From IMG/VR virus record IMGVR_UViG_3300032782_000002: a stretch of DNA of 64,000 bases, one strand, 5' to 3'. The stretch comes from a virus (lineage: Duplodnaviria > Caudoviricetes). This document shows positions 49,414-60,461 of this stretch, piece by piece. Numbering within the stretch: the stretch's first letter is position 1; every line of letters begins with the position of its first letter. The position numbers were made by a program, and so were the translations under genes. The notes below the pieces were generated by a model that saw only the letters and a list, made by a program, of their open reading frames with translations, was not told the origin of the DNA and made no database searches.

Positions 49414-51753
49414 ATGGGTATCAAGCGGCTGCACTACTACCAGCAGCGGCTGGTCAAGCAGTTGTTGGCTGTGCCGGCGACGCAGCAAGAGATCGGGGTG
49501 GTCTACCCGCAGGGCTCGGGCAAGACGCTCATACTGTTGTGCTACGCGGCTCTCGCTCTTGGGTCGCGTGTCAGCCACGTGCTCGTTGTGTGCCCGCAGG
49601 GGCAGATCTCGGACGCGTGGCGCCGCCCAAGTGGCCTGTGGAGTGTGGGTGGTGGCCTCTGCGTGAACCTGGATGATCTCGTGGACCTCGCCGGTGAGGG
49701 GCTCACGGGCACTGTCGAGAATGTGTGCGGCTACCTGAAGTTGCCGCGCGCGGATCGCGTGTTGATCGCGCAGCACGCGACGCTCACGTGGTCGCGACCA
49801 GGCAGCGACGGTCCGGCACTGCTCGACTCTCTACCCCAAGATCTGTCCGGCTACGTGCTGGTCATCGACGAGGCGCACCGCAACCGCGCGGTGGGGCTGT
49901 CGCGGATCCGTACTGTGTGGTTGGCGCGCGGCGGTACGGTCATCGACGTGACCGCGACACCGTATCGTACCGACAGGCAGCCCGTGATGGGGCCGACCGC
50001 GCGCGTCTTCTCGCGTAGCTACGCCCTGCACGCGGTTGAGGGGTACGCGCCGAGCAACATCGAGACGGCCATCATTCCGGTGCCCGTGCCAGCGGCGGCG
50101 ACCGACGGCCTGGACAAGGATGCGTGGATCGAGCACGTCTGCGATCGGGTTGTCGCCCAGTGGTCTCAGGACGGTCGCCCGAAGGCGGTCGTGCACGTGC
50201 CCGCCATCGCGCGGGAAGACTCGGGTGAGGACAGCGGCGAGCCGTTCTTGCATGAGAAGATCGTGAATCGGCTCGGCGATCTGTTTCGCGCGCGTGGGGT
50301 CCCCGTGTTCGCGGCATTCGATCGACAGCGCTCCGATATGGTGACGGCGCAGTTCATCGAGATGCTCCGGCAGGAGCGGGATCGCGCCGCGCAGGGCTAC
50401 GCGGCGTCCAAGTACGATGTCATCCTGGCCGTGCGGCGGATGGATGAGGGGACCGACTGGCCGTTCTGCTCGGCCGTCTACTTCATCGACATGCCTGGCG
50501 CGCAGTGGATCATCGAACAGGTCTTCGGCCGCGCGACGCGCGACAAGCGCACCATCCCCGGCTACCCGGCAGCGTGGGTCGATCGAGTCCGCGTCGCATT
50601 CTTCATCGCCGACGCGGACACCGCCGTGCGCAAGCACCCGCTGTCGACGTTCATCTCGGCGTGCATGCTGGCCGATCACGGCATCTCGCAGCGCATCGCG
50701 AACCTGAGGCGGATCAAGACAAGCTTGGAGCGCGCTATCGGGCACCGTGCCGGTCGGATCGTGCGCCAGATCGCCGAGATGTGCGACGTACCCGCGGACG
50801 TCAGTGCGTTGATCGAGGGCTCGATCATCGCGACGTCTTCTCGGGATCCGGCTGTCATCGAGCGCCACCTGGCTGCGTCGGGCAAGCCGGTCGCGCCGTC
50901 CGTGCTCGCGGGGTATCTGGCACTGCGTGACGGATCGTCGGCAGAGGCGGTGGCCGGCGCGTACGTAGGTCGCCACCGCGACCGCGATCCGTACGGGCTG
51001 GCGGATCTCGACACGGCGTTGCTCGCGGCCTTCGAGGAGCCGAGCAAACAGTTCGCGCACGGTCGCGTCACGGCCGCCTATGACGAACGTACAAAGGCGA
51101 TCATCGCCTCGCTCGCCAGGTTCGACGCCCAGGAGGCTTCCGAACCGGCTGAAGTGGCGCGCAAGTACCTCCAGCTCGCGGCCACGCCGTTGGATCTCAC
51201 CGACATCCAGGTGGCCGTGCGCAAGTTTGTTGACGAGCGCCGCGTCCATCCGATGTATCGGGACGGTCCCGTGCGACCCGGTCTCATGTGGTCCGAGGTC
51301 GTGGCCGCCGTCCTTGAAGGTGCGCGTGGACTACCGCGCTACGATTCGTGGAACCACTTCTGCCGTGACGCGCTCGGGGCAGACGCGAAGGACGCGAAGG
51401 ATGCCTGGGCTGACGACTACGCGGCCGTGGTTGGGGTCGAGTACTTCGATCTGACCGATGACGCATCGGTGCGGGCGAAGATGATGCGCGCGTACCCCAA
51501 GCTCAGCTCCAAGGATGCCCCGGCTCTCTGCCGCGCGGTGCACTTGTTCGGGGCCGATCTCGTCGCGAGTCTTGGTGCGGAGGCGGCCGTGCCGCTCGGG
51601 GACAAGAAAGTCTGGAAGCAGCTACAGGGTCAGAACCGCCGCGCCATCGACAAGCTTCGGCGCGACATTCTGGCGCGCCGGGATCGCGGCGAGACGTTTC
51701 AGGCCGGCGACGTGCGGCGCGAGCTGAAGCGGCACATCGACACGGCAGGTTGA
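49414..51753 (+). CDS. SF2 DEAH helicase (ResIII/HsdR-like), CRISPR-associated, no HD domain
   Basis: LHYYQ, PQGSGKT, LVIDEAH, TATPYR, MDEGTDWP, EQVFGRATR; ~330-aa C-terminal extension; start could also be 49399. Confidence 0.88.
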   Translation: MGIKRLHYYQQRLVKQLLAVPATQQEIGVVYPQGSGKTLILLCYAALALGSRVSHVLVVCPQGQISDAWRRPSGLWSVGGGLCVNLDDLVDLAGEGLTGTVENVCGYLKLPRADRVLIAQHATLTWSRPGSDGPALLDSLPQDLSGYVLVIDEAHRNRAVGLSRIRTVWLARGGTVIDVTATPYRTDRQPVMGPTARVFSRSYALHAVEGYAPSNIETAIIPVPVPAAATDGLDKDAWIEHVCDRVVAQWSQDGRPKAVVHVPAIAREDSGEDSGEPFLHEKIVNRLGDLFRARGVPVFAAFDRQRSDMVTAQFIEMLRQERDRAAQGYAASKYDVILAVRRMDEGTDWPFCSAVYFIDMPGAQWIIEQVFGRATRDKRTIPGYPAAWVDRVRVAFFIADADTAVRKHPLSTFISACMLADHGISQRIANLRRIKTSLERAIGHRAGRIVRQIAEMCDVPADVSALIEGSIIATSSRDPAVIERHLAASGKPVAPSVLAGYLALRDGSSAEAVAGAYVGRHRDRDPYGLADLDTALLAAFEEPSKQFAHGRVTAAYDERTKAIIASLARFDAQEASEPAEVARKYLQLAATPLDLTDIQVAVRKFVDERRVHPMYRDGPVRPGLMWSEVVAAVLEGARGLPRYDSWNHFCRDALGADAKDAKDAWADDYAAVVGVEYFDLTDDASVRAKMMRAYPKLSSKDAPALCRAVHLFGADLVASLGAEAAVPLGDKKVWKQLQGQNRRAIDKLRRDILARRDRGETFQAGDVRRELKRHIDTAG

Positions 51754-51754
51754 G

Positions 51755-52444
51755 ATGGCGAGCAACTTCACTTCCGCAGAGAAGATGAACTACCGGCTGC
51801 GCAATCTGCGCTGGATGCGCGACGAGCTGGTGATGCTCTGGGGCGAGGACGGGCGCCTCAACGCGGACTACTGCGAGCTGAGCGGCGAGTCGGGAGGGCT
51901 GACAGTCGAGTTGTTCGAGGCACACGACGTGTTCGGTGCGGGGCGTGTGCTCGTCGGGGTGGATCGTGATCCCGCGTTCATCGCGGTCCATCAAGCGCGC
52001 TACCCGCGGCACACGTGGCGTGCCGGCGAGCTGTACACCGTGTTCAGCGACGCGGAGTTCGATGGGGTAGCTGTGTGGAACGTGGACGCCTCTAGTGAGG
52101 TGGGCAGCCCGCGTCTCGAAGCGGGCGTGAAGGGTCTCGCGACACGCATGCGTGTGGCACTGGAGCGCCACCGCGAGATCGGGTTCATGCTCAACTGCTG
52201 CCTCGATACGCGTCGCGGCGGCCCTGTAGGTTCCAGGGTGGTCGCTCACGCGGAGATGATCGCGGCGGCGTTCACGACGGCGCTCGGGAGGCGCCGCACC
52301 GTGGAGCCCAAGCTGCTCCTGCCGCCGGACAAGGACGTCTCGCTGCTGGATGATCCGGCCTACGAGGACTTCGAGTTCGGGTGCTTCGACGTGCACTGCA
52401 CCCGGACGCTGCGGATGATCAACCTGCGGTTGGCACTGGTGTGA
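51755..52444 (+). CDS. Hypothetical protein, possible SAM-dependent methyltransferase fold
   Basis: Starts 1 bp after the helicase stop; YCELSGESGG, LVGVDRD and VWNVD resemble Rossmann MTase strands. Confidence 0.4.
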   Translation: MASNFTSAEKMNYRLRNLRWMRDELVMLWGEDGRLNADYCELSGESGGLTVELFEAHDVFGAGRVLVGVDRDPAFIAVHQARYPRHTWRAGELYTVFSDAEFDGVAVWNVDASSEVGSPRLEAGVKGLATRMRVALERHREIGFMLNCCLDTRRGGPVGSRVVAHAEMIAAAFTTALGRRRTVEPKLLLPPDKDVSLLDDPAYEDFEFGCFDVHCTRTLRMINLRLALV

Positions 52445-52799
52445 TGGGCGTGTGGTAGAATCGACGTCGTGGCTGTCACTGCGCACGACGTCGTCAATGC
52501 GGCCCTCGCCGGCTCGGCGCTCAAGCTCGTGCCGACGCGCGGCCTGTCGCAATCCGAGGTGACCTTGCTCTCGCAGTGGACGCCGGGGGCGCTGCTCACC
52601 GTGCCGAAGGCGGCGCTGCAGTCTTTCACGCCCGACGCCATCGCCGCACGCCTGTCGCCGACCGCGCTCGCGCAAGGCTGGGTGCAGGATCTGGCGACGG
52701 CGGCGATCGTCGCGGCGCTCGCGTAGTTGATTGAATCCTGATTAGCGTCGCGATCTCGCGTCCTTGCTCCAAGTCGCCGGCAGGTCGTACACTCTGCTC

Positions 52800-53399
52800 A
52801 TGCCGCGGCAGGGCGACATGAAGTTTCTTGCGGGCTGGCCCCTGCCGGCAGGCAGCAAGTTCAAGATCTCGGTGCGGACGCTCTCGGGACGCCCCGATCT
52901 CTGGTACGTCTACGGGCCGCGCGTCGTGCGCGGCGGGCGCGTTGACTACTCGACGACGGCAGCCTACGGCGTCATCCACAAGAAGACCGGCAAGATCACT
53001 GCCTGGGGCGGCCGCGGCGCGGCGGGCGAGTTCTACAAGACCTACCTGGAGACCGTCCGCGATCGGCTCAAGCGCCGGCTGACCATCGCCAGCCGCTACA
53101 CCGGCGAGCCCCTCGTCGTCGAGGCCCGCAAGGCGGTGCGCCACGGCAACATCGTCATCACGCCCCCGCCGGGTCCGAGCGCGGCCATCCGTCGCTTCAG
53201 CGTCGCGCGCGTCCATCTCAATCGGGGCGGCTACGACAGCCGCGGGCGGTACTTCGGCGCTGCGTTCCATCCCGGCGAGCGGCTCTGGCACGTCGAGGAC
53301 CGCGAGACCGAGCGCGGCATGTACGTGCGCGCGGAGACGGCGAAGAAGGCGCGCGCCGAGGCCATGATGCGCCCGCACTACTGGGGAGGTTGGCGGTGA
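52800..53399 (+). CDS. Basic hypothetical protein (RHGN motif; LNRGGYD module)
   Basis: VRHGN; RVHLNRGGYDSRGRYFG. Confidence 0.55.
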   Translation: MPRQGDMKFLAGWPLPAGSKFKISVRTLSGRPDLWYVYGPRVVRGGRVDYSTTAAYGVIHKKTGKITAWGGRGAAGEFYKTYLETVRDRLKRRLTIASRYTGEPLVVEARKAVRHGNIVITPPPGPSAAIRRFSVARVHLNRGGYDSRGRYFGAAFHPGERLWHVEDRETERGMYVRAETAKKARAEAMMRPHYWGGWR

Positions 53400-54205
53400 C
53401 ACTCGCTCAGGCCAAGGCCGCGCTGCGTCCGCTCGGGATCGTGCTCACCAAGAAGGACGGCGAGTACCGCGTCAACCTCTACAAGGGGCGCGAGGCCACG
53501 GCCTACTACACGAGCGATCTCGACGACGCGGTAGCGACCGGCAAGAGTATGGCGCGCCACGGCAACCGTCGGCGCACGCGGCACGGCAACACCGAGCTGC
53601 AGCCGGGCCGCTTCTACGGCTACAAGGGCCATCAGGTGTGGCTCGATCGCGCGCCGGGCGGCGGCTACTTCGCGATGATCCAGGGCACCGCCCTCGAAGC
53701 GCGCGGCGCGACGCAGGGCGAGGCGTTGAAGAAGCTGCGGGCCAAGCTCGACGCCGGCAACTTCGGCAACAGCCCGGAGCGGATCATCATCGAGAAGTCC
53801 CGCGGCCAGTACATGGTCCACCTCGATCGTCCGACGGCGCGCTACTACGTCGTGTCGTCGTACCCCGAGGCGTTCGCAATGGCGAAGGGCATGGAGTTCA
53901 GCGGCCGCGTCATCGTCGACAAGACCGGCGAGGGGTTCGGCAACCGTGGGCGCCGCGTGCGGCACGGCAGCGCCATGGTCGCGCCGCACTACGCGACCTC
54001 GACATCGGCGGCGCAGCAGGCAGCGATGCGCGCTCTCCACCTGGCGTCCGAGCACCTGAGCAACAACCGGCAGGCCGAGACGTACCTCAATGTCGCCCGC
54101 CGACTGTACAACAGCGGCGACTTCGATCAGGCGCGCAAGCGCGCGCTGGCGAGCCTCGACTGCTCTATCCGGTACGCCGAGCGGCGTCGTGGGCGGAGGC
54201 GCTGA
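53396..54205 (+). CDS. Modular basic hypothetical protein with repeated RHGN/FGN linkers
   Basis: EYRVN...AYYTSDLDDAVATG; ARHGN, TRHGN, VRHGS. Confidence 0.6.
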   Translation: MTLAQAKAALRPLGIVLTKKDGEYRVNLYKGREATAYYTSDLDDAVATGKSMARHGNRRRTRHGNTELQPGRFYGYKGHQVWLDRAPGGGYFAMIQGTALEARGATQGEALKKLRAKLDAGNFGNSPERIIIEKSRGQYMVHLDRPTARYYVVSSYPEAFAMAKGMEFSGRVIVDKTGEGFGNRGRRVRHGSAMVAPHYATSTSAAQQAAMRALHLASEHLSNNRQAETYLNVARRLYNSGDFDQARKRALASLDCSIRYAERRRGRRR

Positions 54206-55359
54206 TGGGCTGGCTCTCCTCGCGCTCCGAGCGCACCGGCCCGCGCTACGATCCGCATCGCCCGTGGCTCGTGGTGGGCTACCGACCCGGGGGCGGCCGG
54301 GCCAAGAGCGTGCACTTCTTCGGCTCGCAGGCCGAGGCCGCGCACCATCTGCGTCAGCAGCTGCGCGAGCAGCGCGAGTACGAGCTGGACGCGCGGTACG
54401 TCTACCTCATCAGGCACGTGACGGGCGGCCCGTCGCAGTGGTGGGTGCTGAGCGACGCCATGCCGCGCTACGAGTGGGAGCGGCTGGCCCGCACGCAGGC
54501 GCGCGCCGCATCGAGTTCGCGCTACGGAATGGCATCGAGGAGGAGTCGGTAGATGGGTCACCCCTTGTTCCCGCGCGTCGTCGTGTACCTGTGGAAGACC
54601 GGTCCCGGTAGGTACGATCCAGTTCGGTACGACGTCGCTGTCACGGTACAGTCGTACCCCGGCGGCCCGTGGGTGACGGTGGTGCGCGACAAGGGGAGTA
54701 GCGCCACCGAAGCGCGCGGGATCGCTCACTTGCTGGGCAGGGCGTGGGAGAAGAGGGCGGGCGCTCCGGGGCAGTACGAGCTGGTGCACGGGGAATCGCC
54801 GGAGACGCGAGGGGCGTATGGCTCTCGTCGTCAATGGTCACGCCGCGGGCGGTGATGGCTGCGCAGCCGCCCATCAGTGGCGCTGCCGTCCAGGCCGCGC
54901 TCACCGAGATCAGCACGCAGACCCCCGAGCAGATCGAGGGCGCGACGGCGCTCAGGTGGGGCGCCCGCGCGCTCGCGGCCTGGGCGCTGTGCAACGCGCA
55001 GCCGGTCGGATCGGCCGGCTACATGTTCTGGTATGCCCAGGCGATAGCCATGAAGCACGAGGCCCTGGAGCACGCCGGTTGGGGTCCGGCGGGGCTCGTC
55101 GACGCGCTCAAGACCCAGCTGGCAGGTGTCCCATGATGAGCAGGCTGTTCGGCAACCGCAAGTACGAGTGCCGTGCCCACGGCCACGGTCGCGAGCGCGT
55201 CGTCGTGCACGACAAGAAGTGCCGTTCGAGCCGGCCGCTCTGCAAGTTCCGTCGTAAGACATGCTACTGCTCAGCGCTACACTACCCGCACCGGGCAGGG
55301 TCTGTTCGTGGCTGTCGGGAAGGCGGCATCCCCGAAGTGATCCTGCAGTCTCGCAGCTA

Positions 55360-56334
55360 TCAGCATGCGTCGCATGCGGCTGTGTGGCGGTCCCGTAGCT
55401 CGCGGGCTGCGCGCCGTCGCTGATCTCGATTGACTCCCGGCACACGGTTGGCGAGCGCCGGTGATGGGCTCTCGGTGAGGGCCCGCTCGACGGGCCAGCC
55501 GCGTCGCAGTCGTTCCACAACAGTTTTCACGTTGAGTCCAAGGTGACGTGCCCAGGCACACACGGTGCGTGTCTCGCCGCGGAACGTGATTGTGTTGTGC
55601 CGTGGCGGCATGGTGACGGCCCGCTCGGCATCCCAGCCGGCGACGAGACGCCGCTGGATTAGCGCCGCGCGCACGCCCAGGCGCTCCGCAAGCTCAGCAA
55701 TAGTGAGCCTCTCGCCGCGGAACTCGACGGTGTGGTTGGTGCGTTTGTTACGTGCTTGCTGGACGAGCGTCGCCCATCGCACATTGCCGGGTGCGTAGTC
55801 CCCATCGCGATTCGGCCACCGATCGAGGGTGTGCGCCATAGACGGGCGCGGTCCTACGGCCAATAGGAACCGCTCGAATCCGCCGCGCCCGCGCCACGCC
55901 GACGCGACTTGCACACCACGGCCACCGTAGGATGTGTAGGCTGTCACATTCGGATTGGTGCATCGTTGGATCATGCTCTTCCACACTGTGTACTCCGGGC
56001 TTTGGCCGGTGCGGCGACTGTGCCCGTGGCGCAAGGGACCGACGGGTGCCGCGCCGCCGGAGCTGAGGTTGAGGCCACGCGGAGTGCGGCAATCGAGATG
56101 TGCTATCCACCAGATCTCTGTCGCGGCTGCCAGTGCGCGGTCATCGACGCGCTCAAGCTCCTCGTGGGTGAAGGTGTGCTTGCCGTGGCGTCGAATCGCG
56201 ACGCCGAGTAGCCCGCCGACGCCTCGCGTGGCGGCGAAAACATGGTCGCGCCAGCGCTGCGACAGCGACTGGGATGTGAGACCCACGTACGCCTCGCCGG
56301 TAGGTACGCACGTGATGCGGTAGACGGTAAACAC
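55360..56334 (-). CDS. Homing endonuclease-like protein: GIY-YIG plus HNH-type domain
   Basis: TVYRIT...AYVGLT...RWRDH; YGGRGV...TLDR...DYAPGNVRWAT...QARN; C-terminal HTH-like repeats. Confidence 0.8.
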   Translation of the reverse strand: MFTVYRITCVPTGEAYVGLTSQSLSQRWRDHVFAATRGVGGLLGVAIRRHGKHTFTHEELERVDDRALAAATEIWWIAHLDCRTPRGLNLSSGGAAPVGPLRHGHSRRTGQSPEYTVWKSMIQRCTNPNVTAYTSYGGRGVQVASAWRGRGGFERFLLAVGPRPSMAHTLDRWPNRDGDYAPGNVRWATLVQQARNKRTNHTVEFRGERLTIAELAERLGVRAALIQRRLVAGWDAERAVTMPPRHNTITFRGETRTVCAWARHLGLNVKTVVERLRRGWPVERALTESPSPALANRVPGVNRDQRRRAARELRDRHTAACDAC

Positions 56335-56343
56335 GTGGCCTAA

Positions 56344-56778
56344 TCAGTCCGAGACGGTCTGCGTGCTCAGTGCCAGCGCGCTGTTGCGCGTCACCGCGAG
56401 CGCCACGAGCATCACGACCGGTGCGGACAGTAGGCCAATCGCGCCCGCCATCGGCCACGTCGCCCCCAGCAGCTTGGCCGTGAGCAGCCCCGGAATCGGC
56501 GCCATGCCGTACAGGATGCTGCGCTGATCGGTCGGGCTGAGATCGCGCCACATGGTCACGACGCCCCCGGAGGTGACTTCGAGCACTTGCGGCGGTGCGA
56601 TGGCACCGAGCGCCTTGGCATGGACCGCCGCACGATCCCAGTCGCCCTGCGCGAGCGCCTCTTCGAAGTGGCTGGCGTGCAGACCCGCCTGGAACGCGCG
56701 CTGCTCGCTGGGTGAGAGACCGGACACGTACGCCCGCATCGATGCGATGGTGGTCCGCAGAGCATCCGCCAGCGTCAC
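56344..56778 (-). CDS. Membrane protein
   Basis: Two hydrophobic C-terminal segments. Confidence 0.45.
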   Translation of the reverse strand: MTLADALRTTIASMRAYVSGLSPSEQRAFQAGLHASHFEEALAQGDWDRAAVHAKALGAIAPPQVLEVTSGGVVTMWRDLSPTDQRSILYGMAPIPGLLTAKLLGATWPMAGAIGLLSAPVVMLVALAVTRNSALALSTQTVSD

Positions 56779-56821
56779 GCTCCCGAGCGTACCACGATCG
56801 TCGCCGCGCGACGCCTATCGA

Positions 56822-59076
<2,255 letters not shown>

Positions 59077-59104
59077 GGAGGGTTTCGGGAGGCGGCGCAC
59101 AGTC

Positions 59105-60454
59105 ATGACGGATGTACAGATCGAGATCGGAAGTGGTCGGGGCAAGATCGTCCTCGCGATCCCGCCCAACGCGGTCGGTCCGAACGCGGCGTGGTCTGTG
59201 GCTGACTGGTACGTCGATCCCGTGAGTGGGGACGACAGTCGCGACGGCCTGACACCGTCCACGGCGGTGCGAACCATCATGGGCGGCATCATCGCGCGCT
59301 GGGGCACGACGAGCCCCATCCTGAAGCAGAACACCACGATCCATCTGCTGAGCACCGAAACGGCTGGGCAAGAGGACGTCGTGCTCTCGCCCATCGTGAC
59401 GCAGACGGCGTGGTTCGCTGTCGTGGGCGTGCCGAAGCTCATCGCCAGCTTCTCGCTGGGGGCGGTCACTGCCAAGGCGCGCGGCAATCCGGGAACGCTT
59501 CTTCAGGCCGCGGGCTTTACGGCGCCCGGACTGGCTACGGGCCAGCTCGTCGTGAACACGACGTCCGGCAAGCAGAGCGAATGCTGGATCTACGCGCTGG
59601 GCGGCGGCGTCGCCACACTCTCGCAGCCGCTGGTGCCCGTCACTCCCGCCGCGGACGCGTCGAACTTTCCGGCATCGCCCCCCGCACAAGTCAACACGTG
59701 GGCGATCAACGACACCGTCGAGGTGTACGAGGTACCGCTGCTGAATCTGAAGGTCTGGCAGCCTGCCGGCGGCGACACGTCAGCCGCTTCGATCGGCGGT
59801 GTCGCATGGCTGCAGAACGTCTTTGTTCCGGATGTTGCCGGGACACCCGGCTACAGCTACCTGGCGGTTACCGGAACCATCACAGGGTGCGTGCCGTGGG
59901 TCGTCAGCTGCCGCATCCAGCCCTACGTGGAGATGCTCGGTCAGTCCGGCGGCGGCGTGCTCGGTGGCTTCGCCGTCAACTGTTACCTGGAAGGCGGCGC
60001 TCAGGTCGAGAACGCGAGCATGTGGGCGGGTGCTTGCCTGCTCTACGGTGTCGGTCTCGGCACGTTCGGTTCGATCGATGGCGACGCGATCGTGGAGTCG
60101 ATCGGGCTGTACGGCGCGGACAGCGCGTTTGTCGGGGCGGTCTACGTGCACACGTCGTACACCTCGTATGGAGGCGGTTGCGGAAAGCTGGATCCCACGG
60201 CGTACGGTACGGGCGCGCTCTGGGGCCCGGCAAGTCTGGCGCTCACGGATCGGTCGACGCTGCAGCTCGTCGGCGGTACGTGGGTCGACTGTCTCTTCCT
60301 CTCTCCGCTCACGATCGAGGGTGTGGGTACGGGCACGAGCTACGCGGGTGGCATCTGGACCGACGGCATCGACCTCACACCCACCAACCTCGACGCGCAC
60401 AGCGGCAGCCTGCAGAACCCGCGCACGAACTGCGGCTTCTTCCAGAACGCGTGA
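59105..60454 (+). CDS. Fibre/spike protein paralog A
   Basis: WYVDPVSGDDSRDGLT motif; colinear with the next gene. Confidence 0.7.
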   Translation: MTDVQIEIGSGRGKIVLAIPPNAVGPNAAWSVADWYVDPVSGDDSRDGLTPSTAVRTIMGGIIARWGTTSPILKQNTTIHLLSTETAGQEDVVLSPIVTQTAWFAVVGVPKLIASFSLGAVTAKARGNPGTLLQAAGFTAPGLATGQLVVNTTSGKQSECWIYALGGGVATLSQPLVPVTPAADASNFPASPPAQVNTWAINDTVEVYEVPLLNLKVWQPAGGDTSAASIGGVAWLQNVFVPDVAGTPGYSYLAVTGTITGCVPWVVSCRIQPYVEMLGQSGGGVLGGFAVNCYLEGGAQVENASMWAGACLLYGVGLGTFGSIDGDAIVESIGLYGADSAFVGAVYVHTSYTSYGGGCGKLDPTAYGTGALWGPASLALTDRSTLQLVGGTWVDCLFLSPLTIEGVGTGTSYAGGIWTDGIDLTPTNLDAHSGSLQNPRTNCGFFQNA

Positions 60455-60461
60455 GGGACCG

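Noticed and set aside
46460-51249. Long antisense ORFs (e.g. 627, 516 and 472 aa) opposite the cas and helicase genes
   Set aside because: Shadow ORFs typical of high-GC coding DNA, with no recognisable motifs.
49414-51753. Calling the helicase cas3
   Set aside because: No HD domain in this or any adjacent ORF, and the motifs are ResIII/HsdR-like.
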